DNA from: Myxococcota bacterium
Lineage (GTDB): Bacteria; Myxococcota_A; Polyangia; Nannocystales; Nannocystaceae
DNA length: 64,000 nucleotides
Assembly (NCBI GenBank): GCA_039028615.1
Contig: JBCCHT010000055.1
Coordinates: 19,945-83,944, forward strand
Direction: 5' to 3'
The translations under genes were made by a program, and so were the position numbers. The notes under the pieces are model-generated. The model was not told the origin of the DNA. It saw only the letters and a list, made by a program, of their open reading frames with translations, and searched no databases. Below are positions 41,227-52,293 of the stretch, piece by piece (position 1 is the stretch's first letter; the number at the start of each line of letters is the position of its first letter).

Positions 41227-43847
41227 CCGAAACGGTGAAGTTCGAGGAGATCCTGGGCTTCCTCGAGCATGTGCCGGCCCTGCGAGGGCTCGACCCGGCG
41301 CTGCGCCGACGGCTGGCGGAAGGGCTCGAGCTGAAGCGTCACGGCGACGATGCGTCGCTGCAGCGCGGCCGACCGACTCACGCGGCGGATCCCCTTCGCT
41401 TCATCGTCCACGGGCATCTACTCCGAGGGACCGCGCTGTCGGCCGAACGAGCGGGAGGCCGCATCGCCACCGCCGGCTCGCTCGTCGGGTTGCTGGCGGT
41501 GGATGCTTGGGCACGCGCGCGCGGCCTCTTTGCTGGGGCTCGGCATGGGACCCAGGCCCGACGAGACCTGCGATGTCACGGAGCGGTGTGGGCCCTGGAG
41601 CTGCCCGCGGCGCGCTTCGACGATGTCCTCGGTTCACCGGACGCCACCGAGCTTCGCGAGCACCTGCTGCGGCTCGTCCCCGCCGATGTTCATGCGCCCC
41701 GGATCGTGGAACAACTGCGACGACAGCCCGCCTATCGTCGCGCCGATCCCCGGGCTCTCCTGCGCGTCGTGGAGCGGTCGCCATCGCGGTCTTGGCGGAG
41801 CGGAGACTCGCAGCCGGTCGATGCGGGGCACCTGCACTACGTCATCGCGGGTGCCCTGGACATCGCTGGAGACCGATACGAGCACCTGGTCGCGGGAGAG
41901 CTCGAATCCGAGGGCGCCGTGCCGAACGACGAACGAGGCCGACCTATGGAAGCGGCCGCGGGCACGATGACGGTGGACATCCCGCGCGAGGATCTCGAGC
42001 GGGTCCGCCGAGGGAGCCGCCCCGCACGGCTCCCTCATGCCACCGATCCCCGCGCCTTGCCGATGGTGGTCGTGCTCCACGACCCGGACTGCGCCCCCGA
42101 TGAATGGGCGACCGAAGCGGGACACCGGGCCTTGGTCGACGCCATGGCGCAGCCCTTCGAGGAGCGGGTCGCTTCACTGCGCGTGGTCTGGTCGACGTCA
42201 CCGACGGAGGTCCCCCACCCGCTGCAGCCGCCCACGCTGCTGTCGTTGGATCCGAATGAAGCGCTCGAGCACCAGCTCGCCCGGGGGCTCATGGCGTTCG
42301 CCCGAGATTGGGGCCCCTTTTTCGATCGCGTGGTCGTCGATACGGGTGCCATCGCCGAGACCCGACGAGCCTGCGCCGCCGTCTGGCGAACCGTCGCGAC
42401 GCTGCAGTGCCCCGCCACGCTGGCCTACGTCATCGACTTCGCCCGAGCCTGGGCCGAGCTCCCGCGCCGACTCGGCCTGCTCCCCCCCGTCGAGCTCGTC
42501 CCCACCGTCGTGCTGACGACACCGACCTCAGCCCCGCGACCCGACGAGCCTCCCACCCCCTCCGACAGCGCTCGAGCGCTCGGTCGGTGGCTCGCCCGAT
42601 GCACGACTCGACGCCCGGAGGCCACGCCCCCGACCCCGACCACTCCCCCGTGGCCGCTCGACGCCGTCCGGCTCTCCCCCGCCGACCTGACCCGTGCCCA
42701 ACGCTGGGCCCGAGCGCTGACCTCCCGTCGCGTTGGGCTCGCCATCGGAGGCTCGGGCATCCAGTCCCTCGTCGCGCTGCCCTTGATCCGCGGCTTGGCC
42801 CAACGCGGCATCCCCATCGACCACTACGCGGGCACCAGCGTGGGCGCCTTCATCGGCGTGCTGCATGCGGCCCGGGGTGAGGCCGGACTCGAGCCCGTCG
42901 AGCACGACTGGCCGGGACTCCAGCTGGCCGTCCTCCACGGCTATCGACGCGGCGACGCCCTCCGACGATGGCTCGCCGAGGCCACGCACGACATCGACCT
43001 GAGCGCCCTGCCCTCGCCCGCCATCGTGGTGTCGACCCGGGCGGAGACCCTCGAAGCCCACCTCCACACCTCGGGGCCCGCCGCGTGGGCCTGCCTGGCC
43101 AGCGGCTCCATGCCACCGATGGCCCCGACCTTCATCGGCGGCCGCCGATTCGTCGACGGAGTGGTGGCCGCCGACCTCCCCGCCGCGGCCTTGCGCTCGG
43201 CCGGGGCCGCCCTGGTGCTCGGCGTCCAGGCCATGCCCCCCGTGAGCCGCGAGCCGGCGTGGGCGACCGCCGTGCAGTCGCGCCGCGGCGGTCCATGGGC
43301 CCCGCTCGCCCCCGCCCGCCGCTTCTGGGACTTCGCCCGCTCGTACCTCGCGTTCGCCCGCCGAGCTGCGCAGAGCGAGACCCCCCACGCCGACCTCGTG
43401 CTCCACGGCTCCATCGAGCACACCCTGGCCGGCTTCTTCTGGCAGGGCGCTCGCATCGTCGACGACACCACCCGCCACGAAGACCTCGAACACACGCTGA
43501 ACGCGGCCGAGGCCCACTGGCGCGCCCTGACTCGCCGCAGCCCCCGACGGGTCGACATCGAGCCCGATACGGGGCGTGTGCGCACGGGCGAAGCGATCGA
43601 CCTGAGCCTGAGCTCGGGTGTCGAACCTCGGCCCAGCGCCGATGCTCACGCACTGCTCGCCCGCCTGCACCGCTGGCTCGAACATCGCCCCGATCTCCGC
43701 CTACGCGTCACGCTCGAGCTCGATGCCGACGCCGATCCGGCAGCGTACGAACGAGCCTTGGAGACGCTGGCCCCCAACGCCGAACGAACCATCGAGCGCG
43801 GATCCGGCCGCGCCCGCCTGCGCCTCGCCGTGGAGGCCGCCCCGTAA
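41223..43847 (+). CDS. Patatin-like phospholipase with degenerate N-terminal cNMP-like domains
   Basis: GLAIGGSG, GTSVG nucleophile elbow, FVDGV; N-terminus FLEHVPAL..L...L is cNMP-like. Confidence 0.72.
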   Translation: MTETVKFEEILGFLEHVPALRGLDPALRRRLAEGLELKRHGDDASLQRGRPTHAADPLRFIVHGHLLRGTALSAERAGGRIATAGSLVGLLAVDAWARARGLFAGARHGTQARRDLRCHGAVWALELPAARFDDVLGSPDATELREHLLRLVPADVHAPRIVEQLRRQPAYRRADPRALLRVVERSPSRSWRSGDSQPVDAGHLHYVIAGALDIAGDRYEHLVAGELESEGAVPNDERGRPMEAAAGTMTVDIPREDLERVRRGSRPARLPHATDPRALPMVVVLHDPDCAPDEWATEAGHRALVDAMAQPFEERVASLRVVWSTSPTEVPHPLQPPTLLSLDPNEALEHQLARGLMAFARDWGPFFDRVVVDTGAIAETRRACAAVWRTVATLQCPATLAYVIDFARAWAELPRRLGLLPPVELVPTVVLTTPTSAPRPDEPPTPSDSARALGRWLARCTTRRPEATPPTPTTPPWPLDAVRLSPADLTRAQRWARALTSRRVGLAIGGSGIQSLVALPLIRGLAQRGIPIDHYAGTSVGAFIGVLHAARGEAGLEPVEHDWPGLQLAVLHGYRRGDALRRWLAEATHDIDLSALPSPAIVVSTRAETLEAHLHTSGPAAWACLASGSMPPMAPTFIGGRRFVDGVVAADLPAAALRSAGAALVLGVQAMPPVSREPAWATAVQSRRGGPWAPLAPARRFWDFARSYLAFARRAAQSETPHADLVLHGSIEHTLAGFFWQGARIVDDTTRHEDLEHTLNAAEAHWRALTRRSPRRVDIEPDTGRVRTGEAIDLSLSSGVEPRPSADAHALLARLHRWLEHRPDLRLRVTLELDADADPAAYERALETLAPNAERTIERGSGRARLRLAVEAAP

Positions 43848-45193
43848 TGCACCGCGCCCTGACCACCATCGAGCGCAGCTTCTTGGCCATGGCCGAGCGC
43901 ATGGTGATGAACCCCGTCGTCATGGTGCGCTGCCGCGGCACGCTGCCCCCCGATGCCCTGCGCAGCGCCATCGAACGCGTTCAGGCGCGACACGACGCGC
44001 TCCGCGTTCGAATCGTGCGCGATGCCTCCCCCTGGTTTTCGCCGCGGGGGGTGGGCGTCGCTCCGCTCCGCATCGTGAACCGTCGCGACGAGCATCACTG
44101 GCAGCAGGTCGTCCGCGAAGAACTCAACGACCCCTTCGACGTCGAGCGGGGGCCGCTGGTGCGCTTCGTGCTGGTGCAGGGCGCCGACGCGTGCGAGCTG
44201 CTGTGCGTCACCGACCACGTCAACGCCGACGGCCGCTCGGGCCTGTTCGTCCTGCGTGACGTCTTGCGACTCGTGGACGACCCGTCCCGACGCTTGGTGC
44301 CGCTGCCGGACGCGGGCTGCCTCGACGAGCGCCTCCCCGGCGGCGTCTTCGACCTCGGCCGGGTGCCTCGGGCCCTCCGCGGCATCATGGGTGACCGTTC
44401 GCGCTGGCTGACCCAGGCGCGCGCGGCCTACCGAGACGAGCGACGACGACTCCAGGGAGTCCCGCCGCCGCCCGCGACCGCCCGTCCGCGCATCGACTTC
44501 GTGCATCACCCCCTCGACCCGGAGCGCACGCGAGCGCTGGTCCAGGCCTGCCGCGCCCACGACAACACCGTCCAGGGCGCGCTCACCATCGCCTGCGCCC
44601 ACGCCCTGGCCCACGTCCGCGGTCACCTGGTTCGGCGCCGCCGTCCGAAGATCGGCCGCATCAGCCCCATCGACATTCGTTCCGCGCTCGAGCCCTCGGT
44701 CGGCGAACACTTCGGGATCTTCGCCTGGGCTCCGACCTCGGTTCATCGCCCCCACGTGGGCGCGGACTTCTGGGACCTGGCCTCGGCCGCCAGGGCTTCC
44801 CTCGCGCGAGCGCGTCGCCCGTGGGCGCTGGCCGGGCTGCGGCGCGTCATCGATGCGGTCGAGATGCTCGACCTGCCCCTCGATGGCTCGTCTCGCTGGC
44901 CTCACGCGATGTTCGACGCCTCGATGGTCGTCAGCAACCTCGGTCGCATCGAAATCCCGCGGCGGGTCAGCGCCACCGAGATCCGCTCCTTCGGCTTCTT
45001 CGCCATGATCCCCAACGTCGACTTCGTGCTCGGCGTGCAGACCCTCGACCAGCTCGAGCTCGATTTTTCCTACTGCCCCGAGCGCATCGACGCCGCCGCG
45101 GTGAAGCGCATCGCCGTCGAGGTCGAGGCCATCCTCGACGCCGCCATCGGGGGGACCCCGCGGGGCTGCGCCCGGCAGCTCGGCTTTCGCTGA
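43847..45193 (+). CDS. Stand-alone condensation-domain / PapA5-like acyltransferase
   Basis: RHDALRVRI, ELNDPFDVERGPLVR, DHVNADG (HxxxDG), VSNLG. Confidence 0.82.
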   Translation: MHRALTTIERSFLAMAERMVMNPVVMVRCRGTLPPDALRSAIERVQARHDALRVRIVRDASPWFSPRGVGVAPLRIVNRRDEHHWQQVVREELNDPFDVERGPLVRFVLVQGADACELLCVTDHVNADGRSGLFVLRDVLRLVDDPSRRLVPLPDAGCLDERLPGGVFDLGRVPRALRGIMGDRSRWLTQARAAYRDERRRLQGVPPPPATARPRIDFVHHPLDPERTRALVQACRAHDNTVQGALTIACAHALAHVRGHLVRRRRPKIGRISPIDIRSALEPSVGEHFGIFAWAPTSVHRPHVGADFWDLASAARASLARARRPWALAGLRRVIDAVEMLDLPLDGSSRWPHAMFDASMVVSNLGRIEIPRRVSATEIRSFGFFAMIPNVDFVLGVQTLDQLELDFSYCPERIDAAAVKRIAVEVEAILDAAIGGTPRGCARQLGFR

Positions 45194-45804
45194 ACCTCGA
45201 ACAGCTCGGCGACGAGCTCTTCCCGCGTCGTCACCCCCCGCTTGCGATACAGCGCCGCCAGCTGGTTGGCGACCGTGCGCTGCGAGGTCGATCGCGTCGT
45301 CGCGATCTCGGCATTGGAGTGCCCCTCGAGGACCAACGCGAGCACCTGGCGCTCCGCGGGCGTGAAGCACTCGGGCAGCGACGGCAGGGGCGCAGAGACG
45401 ATCCACGCCTCCATGCCCAGCACCACGATCGGCTGGAACTCGACGTCCTCCTCCGAGGGGTTGGCGGCCGCACGCAGCCGCACCGAGACCTCGATCAGCG
45501 AGGCACGGGAGCTCACCCCCAGCTTGTCCATCGCGCCTCGCAGCACCCGGCTGAAGGTCGACGGCGACTCGCCCACTTCGGCCGCCCCGACCTTGTTCGA
45601 CATGCCCGCCGCAGCCCGCCCGATCACCCGATGCTCGCGGGGCGTCAGCGCCAGCGCCCGGGTCCGTCGCGGCGATGCCCGCACGATGGCCAAGCGCCTG
45701 CGCTCACGGCCCCGCGGCGGGGACGCCAGCCACCACTGCCCCGACAGCAACGCACGCCACGGGCACGCGTCCTCCCAAACCCTCGACCTGGACTCCAGCT
45801 CCAC
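45070..45804 (-). CDS. Regulator with two LuxR-type HTH domains
   Basis: LTPRE...GMSNK...KLGVSSR and FTPAERQV...GHSNAEIA...TVANQLAALYRK.GV; both ends uncertain. Confidence 0.75.
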   Translation of the reverse strand: MELESRSRVWEDACPWRALLSGQWWLASPPRGRERRRLAIVRASPRRTRALALTPREHRVIGRAAAGMSNKVGAAEVGESPSTFSRVLRGAMDKLGVSSRASLIEVSVRLRAAANPSEEDVEFQPIVVLGMEAWIVSAPLPSLPECFTPAERQVLALVLEGHSNAEIATTRSTSQRTVANQLAALYRKRGVTTREELVAELFEVQRKPSCRAQPRGVPPMAASRMASTSTAMRFTAAASMRSGQ

Positions 45805-45898
45805 ATTCGAAGACGTTCCTGGACCGAGGCGATCGGATCACGACAATCCGAGAGCCGGGCCCAACCCGCCGAGCTGAAGTGTTTTTCTTACAACGGAG

Positions 45899-47302
45899 CT
45901 ACTCGCGCGTCCCCGCGCCCAGCCCCAGCCGCGCCCACTCGACGAAGCGATCCGGGCTGGTGGGATCGAGACTCACGATGGAGATCGTGTTCTCGCCCGG
46001 ATTCGAGACATAGGCCTGCGCGCGCTGATCGTCGACGACGACCTCGTAGGCGCCTTCGCCCACCGGGATCGACGCGAGGACCCGAAAGCTGCCCAGGCCG
46101 ATCACCGACAGCCGGCCATCGGTCGCACAGGTCACCAGCGCGAGCGACTCCCCCGGGGTCGCGTCCTCGTCGCCCACGGGGGGCACGGGGCGATGCACGG
46201 CCAGGACGTTCGGGTTGTCGCACAGCGGGATCGCGCCGATGATCGTGTTGGCCAGATCTCCATCGTCGTCGACGCTGGTGTCGACCCGCAGCAGACCGGG
46301 CGGCGTGGTCTGGACGACGAGCAGGCGATCGCCCGTGTCGTCCTCGAACGCCATGTCCCCCATGTACGGCCGCCCCTCCACGACCTGCGGGTTGATGGTC
46401 TGCAGCGCGATCTCTTCTCCGGGCAGGATGAGATCCAACCCCTCCGCGACGGTCAGCTGCCGCATCCCGGGAAAGTAGCGATGCGCGGCATAGGCGACCG
46501 GTCGACTGCAGTCGACGCTCGTGTCTGGCGCCCGCTCGGGATCGCAGGGCCGCACGGCCACGCTGAAGCCCCCGAACAGCTCCTCTTCTTCGAAGGGCGC
46601 CGCGCGAAAGAAGCCCCCTTCGACGTCGGCGAGCTCGGGCCCGTTGTCCCCGTCGAGCGCGATCAAGGCCAAGGCCTCGCCGAGCACCTGGGGCGCATAG
46701 GCGAAGCGCGCTCCGTTGGTGTCCACCGAGATGCGAGACAGCTCGTTGGGCATGCGGGCGTTGGCCGAGCGGGTGATCTCGTGGGTCACCCCGCAACGCC
46801 CGGCATCGTCCTGGCCGCAGTCGAGGGTCACCCCGTCTTCGCCCGGCAGCACGTCGACCCACGTGACCGACACGGGGCTGCGCGTGGGCATCAGCAGCCG
46901 CAGCGGGCCCTCGGGGCCGCCCGGTCGATCGATGGCGATGTTGGCCGCCCCCGTGCCCAGCCGCACCGTGGTCTGGGCGTCGATGAACGCGGAAGGATTG
47001 CACTCGATGGTGGGGTCGTCGGCCGAGACCCTTCGACAAGGACGGCCGCCGTCGCCCGCGTCGGCCGGGTCGGCGAGCGCCATGAACAGCGCATCGAGGT
47101 CGACGGCCATCAGCGTGCCGTCTTCCTGCTGGCGATCCCAGTTGCCGTTGGTCACGAAGAGCACGGGCCCGGTGGGGCTCACCGCGAGCCCGGAGGGCTG
47201 CCGCAAAGCGTCGAGCGAGGGCAGCTGCCCCGGGTCGGGCTGGCACGCCGCCGCGACGAGCACGACGCTCGTCGACAGCACACGCAAGAGCCGAGGCACC
47301 AC
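45899..47302 (-). CDS. YncE-like beta-propeller lipoprotein
   Basis: Lipobox VAAAC, PSGLAVSP..LFVTNGNWD, IPVGEG, YVSN..ENTISIV; start at GTG 47302 inferred. Confidence 0.75.
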   Translation of the reverse strand: MVPRLLRVLSTSVVLVAAACQPDPGQLPSLDALRQPSGLAVSPTGPVLFVTNGNWDRQQEDGTLMAVDLDALFMALADPADAGDGGRPCRRVSADDPTIECNPSAFIDAQTTVRLGTGAANIAIDRPGGPEGPLRLLMPTRSPVSVTWVDVLPGEDGVTLDCGQDDAGRCGVTHEITRSANARMPNELSRISVDTNGARFAYAPQVLGEALALIALDGDNGPELADVEGGFFRAAPFEEEELFGGFSVAVRPCDPERAPDTSVDCSRPVAYAAHRYFPGMRQLTVAEGLDLILPGEEIALQTINPQVVEGRPYMGDMAFEDDTGDRLLVVQTTPPGLLRVDTSVDDDGDLANTIIGAIPLCDNPNVLAVHRPVPPVGDEDATPGESLALVTCATDGRLSVIGLGSFRVLASIPVGEGAYEVVVDDQRAQAYVSNPGENTISIVSLDPTSPDRFVEWARLGLGAGTRE

Positions 47303-47403
47303 CCGTCGAGCATGGCATGCACAGCCGCACGAGTGCGAATGACGAGCCGTCGCGGCCCCGGATCGGCCCGCACGAGCCGCCTGAGTCCAAGCCCACGCCC
47401 CGG

Positions 47404-48105
47404 CTACGAATCGAGCCCCAGCGCCCGCGCGGCCCAGATCGCGTCGTAGGCCGCCCACGAGGCCCCCGTCGCCACGAGCGCCCCGGCCACCCGCAGCCAG
47501 GGCCCGACCGCGTCACCGATCCCGGCCAGGCTGCCTCGACCCGCCACGCGAGCGACGAGCTCCGCCAACGCCCCGACGAGCAGCGCGGGCGTGGCCAGGG
47601 TGAGGGCGAGCAGCGCCAAGCCGTGGGCGAGGCGAGCGACGGAGACCTGCGAGCTCGCGTGGAGCCACGCCGCCGGATCGCCGACCGGCCACGCCGCGGT
47701 CAGAGCCTGCGCGCCGAGCAGCAAGGGTCGATGCAGGCCCAGCGACAAGGCGGTCGCCGCCACCACGCTCAACGTCAGTGCACGCCACGACGCGGGCCGA
47801 GCCTCGAGCACCGTGGCGCTCGCTTGGGCCGCGCCCAACAGCGCATAGCCGGGCAGCGCCACGACCAGCCCGAGCAGTGCACCCAGCATCAGCTCGGCCG
47901 CGGCGGCCAGCACCGGATCGACCCCGACCGCCGCCGTCGCGACGGCTCCGTCGGCGGAGGCGAGCACCACCGCGAGCACCCCGGCCACCACCAGCCAGAC
48001 CCAGCCCACCGTGGCGCGCCACAGCACCTGCACGGACAACAGCGCCCACCAGCGCAGCGCCAGGAGTCCCACGCCGAGCAGGCTGCCGATGGTCTCTTCG
48101 GCCAC
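47404..48105 (-). CDS. fliR: Degenerate FliR/SctT-like export-gate membrane protein
   Basis: Multi-TM, ELMLGALLG, LGLH..LL, ALTLATP motifs; position after the fliP/fliQ-like genes. Confidence 0.6.
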   Translation of the reverse strand: MAEETIGSLLGVGLLALRWWALLSVQVLWRATVGWVWLVVAGVLAVVLASADGAVATAAVGVDPVLAAAAELMLGALLGLVVALPGYALLGAAQASATVLEARPASWRALTLSVVAATALSLGLHRPLLLGAQALTAAWPVGDPAAWLHASSQVSVARLAHGLALLALTLATPALLVGALAELVARVAGRGSLAGIGDAVGPWLRVAGALVATGASWAAYDAIWAARALGLDS

Positions 48106-48106
48106 G

Positions 48107-48379
48107 TCAGCGCTCCGTCGTGCCCACGGCCGACAGCCGCGACCACGTGTCGGCGGTCATGGTCTGCGCCGTCTCGGCCCAGTCCCCGACCACGAAGGCC
48201 AACGCGCCCAGCACGGCCAGCCCTCGCAAGACGCCCGCCGCCACCGGATCACTCAGCCCGATGCGCGCCGCGAGCCAACCCGCGACCAGGCTGCCCAGCA
48301 CCCCCGCCAGCAACAGCGGCAGCACCACCGTCACGGCCAGACCCAGCCCCTCGAGCACCAGCCCGGGCAAGTCGGTCAT
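48107..48379 (-). CDS. fliQ: Degenerate FliQ/SctS-like protein
   Basis: 90 aa, two hydrophobic helices, EGL...LPLLLAGVLGSLV; position between P and R. Confidence 0.6.
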   Translation of the reverse strand: MTDLPGLVLEGLGLAVTVVLPLLLAGVLGSLVAGWLAARIGLSDPVAAGVLRGLAVLGALAFVVGDWAETAQTMTADTWSRLSAVGTTER

Positions 48380-48981
48380 GCGTAGTAGCCCTCCACCAAG
48401 CCGCCGATCACCACGTCCCAGCCGCCGACGGCGAGGAAGAGCAGGAGCTTGAGCGGCAGGGTCACCAGGCGTCCGGGCGCCGACGACAAGCCGAGCAGGG
48501 TCAGCGCCTGGGCGACCACCAGGTCCACCAGCACCAAGGGCAGCAGCACCAGCACCGCCATGTGCAGGGCCTCGGTCAGCTCGGTCACCAGGAACCCGGG
48601 CACCAACACCCGCGGGTCGTCCACGGGCAGCCCCTGCAGCTCACCGAAAAAGGCGAGCTCCTCCGCCGCGGCATGACGCTCCACGAACGCGCGCAGCGGC
48701 TCGAAGACGGGGATCCAGACGTCCCAGCCCGCGCTCGACAGCGCCGCCCAGCCTCCCGCTGCGTTGGCGGCCTCGAAGGTCTCCACCGCCACGGGGGCCA
48801 TGACCACGCCGGTCACCACCAGCGCCAGGGCCAGCATCGCCGACCAGGGCAGCAGGGCCTCGGCGCCCAAGCCCACCCGCAGAGCCCCCAGGACCACGCT
48901 GCTCTTGGCGAACGCGGTCGCGATGGCCAGCACCAGGGGCACCCCGGCCAAGACCAGCCAGGGGACGATCTCAGGCTCCAT
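48376..48981 (-). CDS. fliP: FliP/SctR-like export-gate protein
   Basis: TAFAKSSVVL..LR..LG, VMAPV, PLRAF, LVPGFLVTELTEA, DLVVA, LPLKLLLFLAVGGW. Confidence 0.85.
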   Translation of the reverse strand: MEPEIVPWLVLAGVPLVLAIATAFAKSSVVLGALRVGLGAEALLPWSAMLALALVVTGVVMAPVAVETFEAANAAGGWAALSSAGWDVWIPVFEPLRAFVERHAAAEELAFFGELQGLPVDDPRVLVPGFLVTELTEALHMAVLVLLPLVLVDLVVAQALTLLGLSSAPGRLVTLPLKLLLFLAVGGWDVVIGGLVEGYYA

Positions 48982-49270
48982 GGGCCTCCACGGATGCCTC
49001 GGCCTCGGCCGGCGTCGGGACCTCGGCCAGCGGCGCCAGCTCGGTCATCAGCCGCGGTGCCGCGCCCGGCCCGGTGCCCACCACCAGCCGCCGCCCCTCG
49101 AGTTCGACCACGTGCAGCGCATGCTGGCCGCCCAGGGAGATCGTGCGCCGCGTGGCACCAGAGGCCTCCGTACGCCGCTTTTGCGCCCACAGGCCCAGCA
49201 GGGCCAACCCCGCGAGCAACAGGCCCAGCGTGGTCAACGACGAGGCTCCAGCCAGGGCGAGCATCGGCAC
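48971..49270 (-). CDS. fliO: FliO-like protein
   Basis: N-terminal TM then RTISLGGQHALHVVELEGRRLVVG, a FliO-type beta domain; first gene of the operon. Confidence 0.65.
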   Translation of the reverse strand: MPMLALAGASSLTTLGLLLAGLALLGLWAQKRRTEASGATRRTISLGGQHALHVVELEGRRLVVGTGPGAAPRLMTELAPLAEVPTPAEAEASVEAHGA

Positions 49271-49337
49271 GCCACCGACGGTAGGGAATCGAGGCCCGCC
49301 GACGCCAAAAAGCGGCGAAAAACGGCCGTAAACGCAG

Positions 49338-49372
49338 CGAGGCGCCCAACCGCGGCTGCGGTGGACGCCTCG
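49338..49372 (-). terminator. Hairpin after rplQ, likely end of the ribosomal operon
   Basis: CGAGGCG..ACCGC-loop-GCGGT..CGCCTCG stem with T runs shortly downstream on the minus strand. Confidence 0.55.
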
Positions 49373-49395
49373 AAGACTCGAGCGATGCGGGCGGC

Positions 49396-49806
49396 TTACT
49401 CGCCGACGAGCTCGATGATCGCCATGCGGGCGGCGTCGCCAACCCGCGGGGCGGTCTTGATGATGCGGGTGTAGCCACCCGCGCGCTTCTCGTAGCGAGG
49501 CCCGATCTCCGTGAAGAGCTTGTTGAGCACCTCGCGGTCGCGAACCAGGCGGCCCGCCATGCGGTAGGCGTGCACGATGCGGGCTTTTTCGTCCTGCGTG
49601 CGGCTGTCGGCCGGCTTGGCCAGCAGCTCTTGGACGCCCTTGCTGCGCGTGATGGTCTTCTCGGCGAAGCGACGCAACTCCTTGGCCTTGGCCTCGGTAG
49701 TGGTGATGCGCCCGTGCTCCAGCAGCGAGGTCACCATGTTGCGGTACATGGCCTTACGGTGGGACGAGGTGCGCCCCAGGGGGCGCCCAGACTTGCGATG
49801 ACGCAT
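49396..49806 (-). CDS. rplQ: 50S ribosomal protein L17
   Basis: [27 protein letters not shown]. Confidence 0.97.
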   Translation of the reverse strand: MRHRKSGRPLGRTSSHRKAMYRNMVTSLLEHGRITTTEAKAKELRRFAEKTITRSKGVQELLAKPADSRTQDEKARIVHAYRMAGRLVRDREVLNKLFTEIGPRYEKRAGGYTRIIKTAPRVGDAARMAIIELVGE

Positions 49807-49838
49807 GGCGGTCGGTCCTTACTAAATCTTGCGGAGGA

Positions 49839-50846
<1,008 letters not shown>

Positions 50847-50875
50847 GATGCGTGACGCCTCCGCGGACGATGGGT

Positions 50876-51505
50876 TTACTTGGAGTACAGCTCGACGATG
50901 AGCTGCTCGTCGATCTCGGCCGCAATGTCCGAGCGGGAGGGCAGGGCCGAAACCTTACCCTTGAAGTGGTCCTTGTCGACCTCGAGCCAAGCGGGGCGGG
51001 GTCCGCGGTCGCTCTTGGCGAGCGCCTCACCGACCTTGGCCACCTTGCGGCTCTTCTCGCGGACCTCGATCACGTCGCCGACGCGGACGAGGTAGGAGGG
51101 GATGTCGACGCGCTTGCCGTTGACCATGAAGTGGCCGTGGCGAGCGAGCTGGCGGGCCTCGGCGTGGCTGGCCGCGAAGCCGCAGCGCAGGACCACGTTG
51201 TCGAGACGACGCTCGAGCAGCTGCAGCAGGTTCTCACCGGTGACGCCCTTCATGCGGGTGGCACGGTGGTAGTAGCCGCGGAACTGCTTCTCCATCAGCC
51301 CGTACATGCGCTTGACCTTCTGCTTCTCGCGAAGCTGCTGGCCATAGTCACTCGGGCGACGGCGACGGCCCTGGCCGTGCTGGCCGGGGGGATAAGGGCG
51401 GCGCTCGTAGCCGCACTTCGTCGAGAAGCAGCGATCGCCCTTGAGGTGCAGTCGGGTGTCTTCCCGACGGCAGAGGCGACAAACGGGACCGGTATAGCGA
51501 GCCAT
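50876..51505 (-). CDS. rpsD: 30S ribosomal protein S4 (Cys-motif form)
   Basis: [30 protein letters not shown]. Confidence 0.98.
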   Translation of the reverse strand: MARYTGPVCRLCRREDTRLHLKGDRCFSTKCGYERRPYPPGQHGQGRRRRPSDYGQQLREKQKVKRMYGLMEKQFRGYYHRATRMKGVTGENLLQLLERRLDNVVLRCGFAASHAEARQLARHGHFMVNGKRVDIPSYLVRVGDVIEVREKSRKVAKVGEALAKSDRGPRPAWLEVDKDHFKGKVSALPSRSDIAAEIDEQLIVELYSK

Positions 51506-51511
51506 GGTGGG

Positions 51512-51898
51512 TCAGACCCTGCGCCGCTTGGGAGGGCGGCAGCCGTTGTGGGGGATGGGAGTGACGTCTTTGATTGCGGTCACGCGCATGCCCGAGGACT
51601 GAACCCCGCGCAGCGCCGACTCGCGACCCGCTCCGGGGCCGCTGATGCGAATCATGACGGTCTGCATGCCGTGGTCCTGGGCCCGACGACACGCCTCGTC
51701 CGCAGCCAGCTGGGCCGCGAAGGGCGTGGACTTCCGGGAGCCCCGAAAACCACGCACCCCGGCCGAGGCCCATGCGATCACGTTGCCGTTGACATCGCTG
51801 ACGCTGACCAGGGTGTTGTTGAAGGTAGAGCGAATGTGAACGATCCCCGTGGAGATGTTCTTCTTGACGCGCTTCTTGCCGTGCTTGCTCGTAGCCAT
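51512..51898 (-). CDS. rpsK: 30S ribosomal protein S11
   Basis: [30 protein letters not shown]. Confidence 0.98.
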   Translation of the reverse strand: MATSKHGKKRVKKNISTGIVHIRSTFNNTLVSVSDVNGNVIAWASAGVRGFRGSRKSTPFAAQLAADEACRRAQDHGMQTVMIRISGPGAGRESALRGVQSSGMRVTAIKDVTPIPHNGCRPPKRRRV

Positions 51899-51918
51899 TT
51901 ACGAAACTCGCTCCCGCG

Positions 51919-52290
51919 CTAGCGCTTCTTCTGCGACACGGTGGCCCGCTTGGGACCCTTGCGCGTGCGGGCGTTGGTATGGGTTCGCTGACCTCGAACC
52001 GGCAGGCCACGACGATGTCGTAGCCCTCGGTAGCAACCGAGGTCCATGAGCCGCTTGACGCTCATCTGGACGTCGCGACGGAGGTCACCCTCGACGCGAT
52101 AGCCCTGCTCGATGACCTGACGGATCGCACTGACTTGCTCGTCGGTGAGGTCGTCGGTCCGAACCGAGGGACCGACCCCCGACTCGCTCAGAATCTTCGT
52201 GGCAGTGGAGGTGCCCACTCCGTAGATATAGGTGAGGGCAATCTCGATCCGCTTGTTACGCGGAAGGTCTACACCGGCGATGCGTGCCAT
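51919..52290 (-). CDS. rpsM: 30S ribosomal protein S13
   Basis: [29 protein letters not shown]. Confidence 0.98.
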   Translation of the reverse strand: MARIAGVDLPRNKRIEIALTYIYGVGTSTATKILSESGVGPSVRTDDLTDEQVSAIRQVIEQGYRVEGDLRRDVQMSVKRLMDLGCYRGLRHRRGLPVRGQRTHTNARTRKGPKRATVSQKKR

Positions 52291-52293
52291 GTC

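Noticed and set aside
45070..45193. 124-nt convergent overlap of the LuxR and acyltransferase genes as a regulatory feature
   Set aside because: Both tails lie beyond their conserved domains; stop-codon drift in GC-rich DNA is sufficient explanation.
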